A stretch of 35,796 nt of DNA from Gonapodya sp. JEL0774 (taxonomy: Eukaryota). The DNA is taken from positions 62,001 through 97,796 of the forward strand of contig JADIIX010000084.1 in assembly GCA_027604505.1 (NCBI GenBank), in the 5' to 3' direction. Position numbers and translations under genes: made by a program. The notes below the pieces were generated by a model, which worked only from the letters and a program-made list of their open reading frames with translations, was not told the origin of the DNA and did no database searches. Shown piece by piece: positions 10,286 to 22,194 of this stretch (within the stretch, counting starts at the first letter, position 1; each line of letters opens with the position of its first letter).

Positions 10286-12597
10286 ATGGAAGACGCATTC
10301 CCCCCGTTTTCACTGTCTTCCCATCCGCGGTATCCGCCGTCCCCGTCAATCCCTTCTCCAACTCACGTCACCCGTGTTTCCCTCACCGACCTCGTTCCCG
10401 TTCTCACCCAATTACTGTCTCGCGACGACTTGGCGCTGATCGCACTCGATACAGAGTTTTCCGGTATGGGGTCGGGCCCTGGCTCGTCCGTCTTTCGTGA
10501 AAAGAACGTCCAGCAGAGGTACCAGCAGATCCGAGGCATCGTCATGGGCCACGCGCTCGTAGGACTGGGTCTCACGGTCGTCATTCGTGAACACAATGCG
10601 AGTGGAAATGCTGTTGCGGGAAAAAGTGCTGAGATTGGTGCAGGGAAGGACGACAAGAAGGTGGGTGAACAATACCTTGTCGTGACTCGTCGCCGATTGT
10701 TCAGAGTGGTTGAAAAGATTGTCTAGGACCCAAATGCCCTCGACTTTTCTGTTCACAACTTTGAGTTCTTGACCTTGCGAGAGGTGCGTCACACGAGCGA
10801 CAGCGAGGGTCAGCGCGAGCGTGAGCGAGCAAAGGAGGCTTCACAGGACTGTGAGCGAGGGTCTCTACCGCGGGAGGTGAATGACTTCTGTCTGGCCGGC
10901 TGGAGGCGATTGAACATTCCCTGACCCGAGCCTACACTCACACGAGATCCCCTTGCAGGGCAAGGAACGATTCTGCCAGTCCCACAACGGTTGCTTGTTT
11001 GCTCTGTCTCCTATCCCAATCTCACTCTCACCCTCGTCGAATTCCCTACCTCCCCCTTCCCTCCTCCCCAGGACTCCCACCTCATCTCCCCCTCCTCCGC
11101 CTCCTTCCTGGCCTCCCACGGCCACGACTTCAACCGCCAGTTCATACAGGGCATAAAGTACCTGCCTGGCGATGACCACGCAGCTCACCTGCAACGGGCA
11201 GCTACCGGCAGGTTTGGACACCCCAATGGGACCGGGAACGGCGTAGGGAACGGAAACGGCACCGCTACCGCTCCGGCCCCGCCCACACCCGTACCCGCCC
11301 CTCTCTCCACCGTACCCCCTGCATCCTCACCCAATCCCAATCCCCTCCCTCCCCACCTTCCCACCCTTCACCCCCTCCGCGCCCTCGTCCTCCACCTTCT
11401 CCGCGCCTCCTCCTCCCGCTCCACCCCCTTGGTCCTCCACAATGGCCTGCTCGACCTCATGTTCCTCCACCATCACCTGTACGCCTCCTTGCCCAACTCT
11501 CTCGAAGAGTTTGCGGGGGACGTGGCCGAGGTGGCTGGTAAAGGGGGGTGGTGGGATACCAAGTACATCGCCGAGTTTGGAGAGGCAGAGGGGACAAAGG
11601 GAAGGGGAATGGGAGGAGGGGATGTAGCGTCCCGGTGGGAAAGGGAGGAAAGCAGCTTTTTGGGGTACTTGTTTCGAAAGGCGTGAGTTGGACCTTTGCC
11701 CTCGGTTTTCGATACTCGTGTTGTCCGGTCTTGCCCGCACACAAACACTTACACGCTCCTTGTTTCCCCTCTCCGCTCTTCCCCGCGTCTCCCACCCATC
11801 CCAACCGCAGCGAACGCCTCAACGACCGCCGTCGCCACCTCGGCCTCCCTTACCTCGAGTTCCACGTGCAGCCCCCACTCACCCCGCCACCCGCCCCGGC
11901 ACCTGTCATCCCCTCACCATCACCCGATCCACCTCTCGTTCCACCAAAGACTAAACCCAAACCCAGGCCAGACGACCCACCGTTCTGCACCCAGTACGTC
12001 CACCACGGGTTCTGCAAGGACGGACCGGCGTGTACCAGGACGCACGATTTAGACGTCGCCATGGACTGGGATGAGGAGAGGGGGAAAGTGCCGAGGTTGG
12101 AGGGGCTGACGGTGGTGGGCACCGCGAACGGGAACGGTCACCCAGCCGTCACAACCGAGGGAGGGAAACGGGCGCGGGAGCCCGAGGTGGCGGGGTCGGA
12201 CTCAAAGCGCGCTAAAACGGCGACGGGCCCTGATCGTACCGAGGTCGCCCTCGCCCACACGCTGTCGTCCTATCCCGCAACCACCACAACCACCCTCGCT
12301 CCCCCACCCCGCGTCCACCCCACCTCTGCCCACTCCGCCGCCCTCGACTCATACATGACGGCCTTCGTGTTCGCCTTCCAGCGACTCCTCCACGCTCATT
12401 CCCCCTCCGCACCTTTTGCAGCGTGGGACCCCGCCACCCCCCCGCCGGGTTGGCCCGCGTACCGGAACCGGATATACCTGAGTGGGAAAGACCAGCCGCT
12501 GGCGCTGCGGAGGGGGGCGATGGCGAAGAGTGGGGAGGGGCATAGGGAGAAGTGGAAGACGTGGGGTGGGTGGGTGATGGGGACTGGGGACAGTTGA
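10286..12597 (+). CDS. TOE1: Target of EGR1 (TOE1/Caf1z): DEDD-family deadenylase with a CCCH zinc finger; exons 10286-10660, 10727-10783, 11072-11682, 11811-12597
   Basis: IALDTEFSG (DEDD motif I), FLASHGHDFNRQ, PLVLHNGLLDLMFL, WDTKYIAEF, SFLGYLFRK, the C-x8-C-x5-C-x3-H finger FCTQYVHHGFCKDGPACTRTHD, HSAALDSYMTAFVF and the C-terminal NRIYLSGK are all TOE1 hallmarks. Confidence 0.92.
10793..10915 (+). repeat. Degenerate copy of the CFAP99-intron element, in TOE1 intron 2
   Basis: gagcgacagcgaggg / gtgagcgagc / ccgcgggaggtgaatgac / cggctggaggcgattgaa resemble the CFAP99 sense-strand aagcgtcagcgacggg / gtgagcgaagc / ccgccggaggcgaatgat. Confidence 0.55.
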
Positions 12598-13065
12598 TGT
12601 ACCCGCCGCCGTGTGTGGGGACAGTTGGAGAAGAGACGGAGGACGGCTGCGTGTTGAACCCAATCGCGTGTCGAGGTGGCCCTGGTTTCCAATTTGGGGG
12701 GCGAAGTTTGACACTCCATAGTCGAGTGTCTCTGCGTTGCATCATTGGAGTAAATAAATCAATCTCGAGCCCGGGGTGCTCTTTCAAATGTGCGTGAAGT
12801 TCCAGTATCCAGCTCGCAGTTTGGTGGCCAAGTCCCTCGTTCATCCCCTTTTTTTCATCATGGGCGTGTTGACGATCTGGAAGATGTACAACCTCCATTT
12901 CTATTGTCTATACATTGCGTAATTGGGTACATTGAACTCAAAACTGGGTGCGTCTAGTGTCAAATGTGCGTATGTATTGTTTGCCGAGTCTTTTTTGATG
13001 CAGTTCCAACGTCCACCAGTGTGCTGCAGTTCCAACGCCAACTCCACCGAAACACCATCCCACAA

Positions 13066-14609
13066 TCACCGTCCTTGCCGCTTTAATTTCGCCTTTTGTC
13101 GTAAATGCCGCAGACCGCAGGCGTTGCAGAGCCTGAAACGGTACATGAAAGTCGATCCCATAAGCACGACGAGGCTTTGAACCCATCATCTCACAGAAAT
13201 AGTGCCATTAAGGACACAGAACCATGTACGAACCGCAGACCATTTGGACCTGACCTCCACAAGGGTGATGCTGTCCTCCCACAGTTGGAGCACATGACCG
13301 GCTCCGCCAGCGGTCCCTCGGCAGGAGCAACGCTGGACGAACCGGCCGCCTGCTGATCGGTGTCCCACGGGGCGTTCGCAGAGGACCCCGAGGCCTCCAC
13401 GAGGAAGTTGTCTTCGGAAAAGGAGCGCTTTATCCCCGGATGACTCGTATTGGTGCTGCTTGTGCGGCGGTGGGCCGAGGTAGGAGAGGTCACGGGGAAC
13501 ATGGTCAGAGGTCTGAACATGAGGAGGAAGAGAACACGAGGTGAGCTGGGCAGAGAATGCCGAAAAAAGCGGAAAGGAGATTTTCGGCTCACGACGGCAT
13601 CGAGCGAGTTCGCGTGATAAGGTTTTGGGTGGAGGGCGGTTCAGTTTCGGAAGGGCTTGCTGCAGATCCCGACAGGGGAATTCGATACGGGGTATCTGAT
13701 TCTGGAGAAGTTGAGAAGAAGGATGGATGCACGGTGGTGGGAGGAGGAAACGAAAGCTGGCCGTGGGATTGAGACCGAGGGAAGCCGGCGGGTGTGGCTA
13801 ACAAGTAAACAGTTAGCATGGAGATCAGATACACATTAAAGCAAGAGATCTCAATGACGTGGCCGCTCACTTGCTTGGGGCTGCGACGGCTCCCCACCAC
13901 CCGACCCACCAGCCGATGAGGATGGGACGGCGCCGTCCACGCTCACCAACGCCAAAAGTCTCCTCGCATCGTTTCGAACCTCGAGCAACGCATCTTGCTC
14001 CAAAATATGCAATCGTGCCACCAGAGCGCGCCGAATCTCCGCGTCGTTACGGAGGACCTCTCGAACGGCACGCATGTTCCTCGCAATCTCACGCACGAAA
14101 TTGATCCGCCACAGTTCAAACGTCCGAAACAGTTGAATGAACTGAGGGAGAAGCACTGCTTCGCTGTTCATCGCTGGGCGGTCGGATGCAGACCCCACGT
14201 CTGTCCTCGGTAAGGCAGGCAGGGGTGTGTTGTTGCCTGAATGGTCCGATTCCGACATTGACCAGATAATCCCAGCAACAATCGCGACATCTCCCTGAAG
14301 CTCCGGCTCTGTCATGAGCAAGAGTGGGCGCACAGTTTCCACCAGGCGCAGCTCTGGATTCTGTCGCAGCGAGGCCAACAGTGTTCCGCGGAAACTGAAC
14401 CACTGCAGGGACCGCACGAAGGATCTCTGAGTGCGGATGTACACATCAAGAAACAATTGAAGCTCTGTCCGAAGATCCTGAGAAACATTGTCTCGCTCGT
14501 GTAAATGAGGGGGAGGTAGTTGACGCGCCGAATGTTCTGGAGGCTCGGAACCCAGCACCGAGGGCTCCTCATTGCGTTCTCCAGGCGTGGACTGGCGACC
14601 CCGCCTCAT
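13066..14609 (-). CDS. GATA-type zinc-finger transcription factor with a C-terminal finger; exons approx. 14609-13871, 13797-13593, 13512-13234, 13132-13066; 5' end uncertain
   Basis: Splicing gives CSNCGRTASPLWRSGPNGLR|LCNACGLRHLRQK, a C-x2-C-x17-C-x2-C finger. All junctions are phase-consistent GT-AG, with a GCTAAC branch point in intron 1. Confidence 0.88.
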
Positions 14610-15746
14610 GGGATCGCTCAATCTGATGCCCGTCCCCTACGGAAGAACGGGTGAAGCGGAGTTGGGATGGCAGCGGGAGTGTATTAGGGTCCTCTGCAGG
14701 GCGGGCAATTTTTACTTCCGTTGTGAAAAATTATGAATTTGTGCTATTAGAGAAGAGAAGAAATCCATCGAGATAAATCGCATGCGCCAAAATCCGTTAC
14801 CGTGGCTTCTCCTCATCTTTGTTGTGGGGTGAGCCTGGGTTTGTTTTATGAAAGGTCCGCGGATCAAGTAATTGTTTGCAAGCACACACATACTTGATAA
14901 GTAGCTGGCTGCACAAAGTCACCACGTGATTCAAATTTTAGCAATGCAAAAGATTCAGCTTGATTCGCGTCTTAGTTCAAATTTACACAAGGGAAGCTCC
15001 AGGTCAGAAACACCTACTGGGAGAGATAATAATACTGAGATGGGAGATTCTATTTGCCCGGCGCTGGTGGAGAATGGGAATCGCGCTTAACTAACGTAAC
15101 TGCTTGGCTTCTTGGAAACTGTGCGGCGTGGTGGCAGCTTGGCATGAAATATATGGGCAACAGAAGGTGTAATCGGAGGGGGCCTCACTTGAAGACATTT
15201 AGAATGGAAAGTAAACCCGTCGATGAAGTTATCAGCCGAATGAGGATTACTGCATACAATTTTATTCCTCAGAATCGACGAGTTCCCACGAGTATGATGA
15301 GTTGCCATACAACGTAAACCAACGGGGACACATTCAATTCTGGATAGAATACGGGGCTTTGTGGACATGTCAGATTATTTGTGTTTCATTGATGCATCTT
15401 AAGAGCCTGCTGACTTCACGTCAGCCTTTCGCACGTTCAATCGGACAACGTCCACGCCTACTCGATATCACTGCCTCTGTACCCTTGATCCCGCCAACAA
15501 ACGTGGCGCCTCCTCCTGCTGACATCAACTGTGGTCTGTCTATAGTCGCGAATTCGGATGAAAGCTTAATAAGTGCTTCTACTGCCTCTCTGTGCACAGA
15601 ATCATCAACTCTGTTTGCGCTGGCTATCGCGGAATGTGATGTGTATTATTTCCTAATCATACAGAGAACTCCGCAAATTGCAGAGAACTCCACAGAGCCA
15701 AAGCTTGCATACATCAAGAGGTGCAAAGGACTGACGGCTTGCTCAC

Positions 15747-16286
15747 CATAAGCGTTCACGTTATCCCCAGCGCCGAATAGCATCCCAACACAGTCCGACA
15801 AATTGTACACCCAAACCCTTTGTGCATGCCGATAGGGACGCGATTCGAGCTTCGAACAAACAAGCCAACAAAGTAGTCTTTGCCGAGACTTTTTCGAGCT
15901 CATGCATGAGACGAGCCGCGAGCGACATGTGGCGGTATTCGGCCGCGACTGTCAGAGTTGTGACGTGGCCGTACCACAGCTCGTTTGTGCCCGGCCTTGC
16001 ACATGACTGATTTGCTGTTTGAGCAGCGGTCAGTTGCTGGAAAACAAAGCGAGCAGCTCACTGTATCCCATGCGTGCGCCGCTGCTGGACTCCGCTATGA
16101 CAAAGTAGTCGGGCCATTGCGCAAGATACGCGAGGTAGAACGAGATGTTGTACTGTTGAGAAAGAGCAAAGTCAATCGCCAAGAGCGCATTCTTCACTTA
16201 TCACGCACAGTCTCCGTCAGCGGATCCAGGTTCATGTTGTTGAAGCAGAAGAGATCGTCGGTTGTGAATCGCCGAAGGGTAGAAAC
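15747..16286 (-). pseudogene. NAA20: Intron-containing pseudogene of the NatB catalytic subunit (NAA20/NAT3); exon remnants 16286-16209, 16152-16062, 16006-15747
   Basis: Reads STLRRFTTDDLFCFNNMNLDPLTET|YNISFYLAYLAQWPDYF...MGY|IMCKA / GTNELWYGHVTTLTVAAEYR...LMHELEKVS / YFVGLFVRSSNRVPIGMHKGFG...VLGCY / GAGDNVNAY. The expected ATG is GTT (16286-16284). Frameshifts at about 15992, 15880 and 15775; no recognisable final DMRK exon. Confidence 0.88.
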
Positions 16287-16324
16287 CGGAAATACGCCAG
16301 AAATACTTCCCAAACAAACAAAAA

Positions 16325-16927
16325 ATGGCTCCCGAAAGTGCGCCCCAACGCGTCCTGATCGTGCCCGGCAACGGCTGCGGAGGTGATATCCGTGGTTTCA
16401 ACTTCTACGGCTGGGCGGACGCCGCGTTATCGGACACTCCTGGGTTCGTCCCGGTTCTACCAGGGCCGTTCGGAATGCCGGATCCAAACGGGGCCGACCG
16501 AAAAACGTGGCTCGCGCACATCGAAGGCGCGATGCGGTGCGATGCAGAATCGGTGCTCGTGGGACATAGCTCCGGAGCGGTTGCAGCTCTGCGTTGGGCT
16601 GAGACGCGACCAATTCGCGGTATCGTTCTTGTCGCCGCTTACGATGACGCGCTGGGTGATCCCGGCGAGCAGACTTCCGGCTACTTTGACGGTCCGTTTG
16701 ACTGGGCAGCCATCAGGGAAAACTGCGGCTTCATCGTACAGTTTGCTGGTGTGCGCGATCAGTTGGTCCCCATCCACATCCAGCGACGCGTCGCGCATTT
16801 TTTGGCGCCAAAGGTTGTGTATGTCGAGGTCGAAGAGGAGGATCACTTCTTTGAGCCCCCTTTCCATGCTTTGGTTCAGCAAATAGTGGAGGGATCCGAC
16901 AAGCTCAAGAAAGCTGAAATCAGCTGA
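16325..16927 (+). CDS. RBBP9: RBBP9/YdeN-family alpha/beta serine hydrolase, intronless, 200 aa
   Basis: VLIVPGNG, MPDP, nucleophile elbow VGHSSGA, GIVLVAAY, SGYF..PFDW..IRENCGFIVQF, catalytic Asp (RDQLVP) and His (DHF); collinear with animal RBBP9. Confidence 0.92.
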   Translation: MAPESAPQRVLIVPGNGCGGDIRGFNFYGWADAALSDTPGFVPVLPGPFGMPDPNGADRKTWLAHIEGAMRCDAESVLVGHSSGAVAALRWAETRPIRGIVLVAAYDDALGDPGEQTSGYFDGPFDWAAIRENCGFIVQFAGVRDQLVPIHIQRRVAHFLAPKVVYVEVEEEDHFFEPPFHALVQQIVEGSDKLKKAEIS

Positions 16928-17884
16928 TCAGGTTTAGCTTTATGCAAAGCAGAATTCATGACAAAAGTACATCATTTATTTCTTTGGAGTTGTGAATGTC
17001 TGCGAGTTTTTGCATCCTGAACCGACTTTGGACACTCTGTGAATGACGGATCCGCCCGATTTTTTCGATGGAAGCCTACACGGCCAATTGCAGGTGAAGT
17101 CAAGCGCCACCAGCCTTTCACTGGTGTAGGTAGCGGGAGTATACAGACGCAGAGGCACGTACTGCTGTAACATGTCGGATGGATAGGAAAATTATCAACT
17201 GCAGTGGTTAACGCTGTATTCACTGGTGGACACAGTCATTGATCTCATATTAATTTGTTTTCTTTGGTGTGCCCCCTGTACGTCGGCGCTGACCCCCAGA
17301 AGCTCCGTCTGGCGCCGAACTGCTCGGGAGTGTATTGTCAGTTGTTAATCTCATCAGCGCCATTTTCCTCTTCTCCTGGTTTTACATTCGAATTCCTTTT
17401 CGTACGTGGTTTTTTCGCCGGTGTACCCATAAAGCTCAGGTCATCAGCAAGGGCAGCACACTCACTTCAATAAATCTGTCCGATTTCGCATTGCAGCTCC
17501 AACGACAGTCAGAAATTTCCGTTCAAGTGCATGAAGAGCTACTGACGTTTTCCGTTCTTTCCCCCTCCCATTCCAGCATCTTCAAAATACCCAAGTAAAG
17601 TTGGTCATAACCGGAAAATTGGAACCACATCATTCCCCAGGAACCCTAGATCGGAACCCCCGTCCAGCATTGGGTTTTAAAATGCTTGCATGATGGATAA
17701 GCTTGAAAGCTCTCTGGGTGAGTTGATACGGCTTCGACATGGGATGCGATAGGTACAGCAACTACTGGAGCATACGGGACCAGTTTCTTACCACTTGCCT
17801 CCTTGATGTTTTCATGCAGATGATATCATTGCAACCCGCCGCGCTGTTGGACAGCCTTCTGGGTTGTCAACGCAAAAAACTACC

Positions 17885-20800
17885 ATGTTGCGGGATGTGC
17901 CTCATCCACAACTGTTGGACCCATCTCTCCCTATCAACGCTCGGCTGGGTTTTCACACGAAATCGACGAAGGGCGCAGCACTCTCAGTAGCCCCATTCGA
18001 TGCCACATCTCCAAGCGTGCATTTACATTCGCGGACCCAGGGTACCGAAAACCCCCTCAAGGCTCAGATGAGTTTTCCAGTCCCTGCGAAGAATCGAGGC
18101 GCTAAGAAGAGAACAACCTCTCAAGCGGAAATGGAAGATGAGTTTCTTGTCGATGGGTCTCCTGGGCCAACCTCTCGAGGATCAAATCATCAGCATCACG
18201 GGAATCACAACAACGGCTACAGCGGCGAGAGGACACTGTGTTACGATGAGGGTAGCCAGAATCTATCACCACACAATCAAGATACACGTAAAAGCGTTTT
18301 CGAGAGGCTTGGCTATGTCACTGGCAACCATAGTCGGAGTAGTGAGGGTGGATTCGTTGTCAGTATGCAGGACCTCAACAGTCCTGCTCAAACGGACGAC
18401 TCGCAGCCCCAGATCACACTGCCTTCAAACTCGCGCACCGAGACTACTGTTCGGAACCCCAAAGTTCCTTCAACCAAGCGCCCGATTGCAGAACGTCTTG
18501 GTACGATTCCCAGTGTTCTGCGCACTGCGGAGGGTTTTGTGACGTCACGCCATTTCGTGAAGAAGATGTCAGGTGGCTGTCTCGACTCACAACCAGAAGT
18601 CGTTCAAAGCGCCGGAAACTCTCCCGTCAACCCCGCGAATGCTCACGGAGCTCAACGCACGAAGGCACTCCATCAGTCCGCCGTTGGGAAGGAATCTCAA
18701 TATGACGTGGAGGATAACATGCAAGTTGAACCTTCTCGTTGGCGTACCAGGTCTTCAGCGTCTGGCACTGCTCCCACCACCGAATCGTCAATGCAAAGCT
18801 ATGGTCAAACCCCGAAGACTTCTAACACTCGTTCGTCGTTACACGACGAGCCTGTCAGTGCAAAGAACACGCCAGGGAGAAAGATTGTCGTTCCGCCTGG
18901 TGGATTCCTATCACACCGCAGCAGGGAGGCGCTGGTGAACGGCTCTTCGCTTCCAGCTACCACGCAGACTTCGAAGATGGATGTCGACGATGTGGCTACA
19001 GAAAGCATTGGTGAACTCAAAGCCCGTGACTCCAATAGTGCTGTCAGTGTTTCCTCTGGTTCACTGATGAATCACCAAGAAACAATCTCACCCGTTTCAT
19101 CCGACTTGGAAGGCAAGAGCTACCGCGGCAAACCACCTGGAGGTCGAAGTAAAGAGCGAGAGTCTGAGAGGAGCGCAGTGCGTGTGTCCCCGATTTCTCG
19201 CTCACTGTCTCCCCTTTCGACTGTTCATTCGCCACCGGGTGGAGCACAGAATGTCGGCAGAAAGTTGCACCATTCAAAACCATATGACCGTCCAAAAGAG
19301 AAGAGAGGGAGCCCGCAAGAAGAACTTGGCAGGCGTGGGACGACACGCCTGGACCGGGGGAGGAATGGGAAGGCACCTTCATCCGCTCACCTAAATGAGG
19401 AGAGGTTAGGAAAGAGGGGTGACAGAACAATTTCCGGTGGATCGAGTGGATCTGCCGACTTGGATGCAGCTCGGGCTCAATTCAACGGCAGACCTCGACC
19501 CCCGAAGATCCACGCCAACCAGTCTTACGAACAGCGAGTGTACGATCACGGATCGAGCATCGAGCCAGAGGTAATGGCGATTTCGCCAATTTCACCCGAC
19601 AAGAGCGTGCATTCCGACTCCGATCAACAGCCTCAGCGATCTCTTTCCCCGGGCGAGTGGGAGCCCCCGAAAGCAGCAGCGTATGGCAAGCAAGAAAATA
19701 CTGAGGCTCAGTCTAACACGGGCGATGGTACTCAGAAAACTGGTCCTGCGGGAACTTCGGAAGTGGCTGCGAGCTGGGCAGGTGAAGATGTCATAACCGA
19801 CGTTGATGCCATGGTATCTTCCAAGATGACGCCATCTGCGTCCTCGAATGCATCACTAAGGAAGTCGACAAAGCTGGCCCCAGTCTCCCGCTCGTCGGCA
19901 TTTCATGCTCGGGAATCTACCTACACCGAACGCCATGGTTCTGCTCGGCCTCATCCCCATTTGGCCGCCAACGGTCCAAGTATCGGAATCCGGAACGTGT
20001 TGGACCCCTCACCTCCTGATTCACGTGGTTCCTACCAAGCCGTCTGGAGTATTGCGGATCGGGACGCAGACCCTACGAGATTCCTACCACTCAGATCTCG
20101 CTTCGAAAGCGGATCCCCGCGTACTTCTCACAATCATGGGCGTAGTTTGGAGCAAACAAGTACATCCCAGGCTGACTTGGAATGGGACACCTATGATGGA
20201 TTCGACGATTCTTCTGGGGCTTCACATCGACATCGCATGAATCCATATGCGGAGCCCAGCTACGGACCCTCGAGAATCTTTCGCGATATAGAGGAAGATT
20301 ATATTGAAGTTGCGGAGTTCTACGACAGAATGGACGATTACTTGGACGCGAGGTACATTCCACGCGAAAGGTACGGACCACCACCTGTTCTGGACAAGCC
20401 TCATCCTCTTCGGAGCGAGACCGCTCAATCACAAGAAACACCCACCATAGAGAGACGGAGACTTCCTTCCAAGCCAGTGGTGCAAGACGAAACCACGGCT
20501 TCGGGGCAGGCACCCTCCAGCAGTTCAGAGCCGACAAGAATCGATCCAGTTGCAAAAGCTGTTCCGGAAACTTCGAACTACTATGAGAAGGATGGAATCA
20601 AGTTTCCGTGAGTCATTAAGAATAGAGAAACGTTTAGTGTCGCTTTCTAAGCGGCATTGTTTCCGTCGCAGCTTCAGGAATCCCATGGAAAGTCTCGCGA
20701 CCCAAAGTCCCAACATTCCCCAGCAAGGGAGTAGCTCTGCGCAGCCCGCTGGCAATACTCGCTCGGTTCCTGTGATAGTGCCGCCAGTCCCTCCTCCCAT

Positions 20801-21826
20801 TGCACCTGTAGGCCCCATGGGGCCCCGTCCTTCAGGCTCGAGAGTGAAAGGACCAACGGTAAGTGAAAATGTCAGTGGAACGTTATTTTTAAATTTGTCT
20901 AACACACCGCACCTTCGGTATTCCTCTCGTTCCAGCTCTCTGAGCGATTCCGAGCTTTGAGTGCATCTAAAGCAGCCAGTATCGCCCCTGCGTCCACAGC
21001 AATTCCTTCCGCAAACCACTCGCCGACGATGATCGATCTCTCGGGCATTGAAGATGACGACCTTGAACTTGCCGATCAAGCAAGCGTTATAGTCTCTTTC
21101 CCCAATGTGGCGGATATTGCTGATGCCGGCCAAGAAGATGAAGATGGGGTAACCAGCGATGTCGTTGTGGAACATGTCCAGCGTGAAGCGCATAATATTG
21201 ACGCCACTGATACAAATGGGACTTCGCATTCACTGCAAGTTCCAGGAGGCGATGATGGTGCTTCTGGCTTGACGGAGGAACTTCCCCAGAGTTTTCAGCA
21301 AGCAGATGAAGCAGAACTTCCTGATGCATTGGATCCAGGGCAGGATAGTTCTCAGGAAGCACCACTGCAAGCCGATTCCGAGTCTCGCTCTGGTGATCCC
21401 AATCGAGACTACTGGCGTGCACCTCCTCGGCGAGACCGGTACGACAGACTTCGTGAAATGCCTCCCACACATTTCAAACGCGGGACATCGGTCGTGGAAC
21501 AAACCCGAGGACCTTTTCCACGGTCAAAGCTTGCGTTCTACCATCCCGATCCATATTTGCGGCCGTACTCTCGCCCAGCCACACGTGTCCCCCCCTCATT
21601 CTTCGAACGAGAACAGAATCACAGACTTGGTACTACTGCATACCCTCTCCGCGAAGGCAACGGTGGACCCGCTCGCAATCATCCATTCAATCGACCGATG
21701 GCTCCAAATGAGAGGAATCTGTATGGTTCACGAACTGCGGAGTACCCGGAGTATCGGGTGCCATGGCCGCCGCGTCCGACGTGGAAGAGTTCCTCTATGG
21801 GTAACCCTGTGCTGCCAAGTTGGTGA
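17885..21826 (+). CDS. Large (about 1270 aa) Ser/Pro/Arg-rich, probably disordered hypothetical protein; exons approx. 17885-20607, 20672-20858, 20936-21826; 5' end uncertain
   Basis: A 915-codon open frame joined to two further ORFs by phase-consistent GT-AG introns (20608-20671, 20859-20935). No domain recognised. Confidence 0.75.
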
Positions 21827-22194
21827 TGCGATGGAGTAGATGAAGGAGTGACTTGCGGAAGAGAATTCGGGAACCACGTTACATCAGTTGACATCGGTCG
21901 ACGGAGCGCCATTTTTGGAGGTGTTTCCTATGTTTTGAGATTTACCATTTCACCAACAGTCATTTCTTTGCTCTGGCATTGGCTGGGATCAAGGTGCAGA
22001 TCAACCTGCAACTGTTTTAGGAAGGATTTGGGGTTACCGGCACTTTGCGTATACGGCAATTGTGAGCGGCGAGGCTGTGTTCATGGGTCCCTCGAATTCG
22101 CAAATTGACTGATGTTTGAATATGCACTTGATGATTTAGTATCACATTTGCGAAGAAAAATAATGGCACAATAGCAGAATAAGTCCGTTTCGCA

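Noticed and set aside
15054..15751. ORFs 15054-15317 and 15302-15751
   Set aside because: TTG starts, no motifs and no consistent splice model; treated as intergenic.
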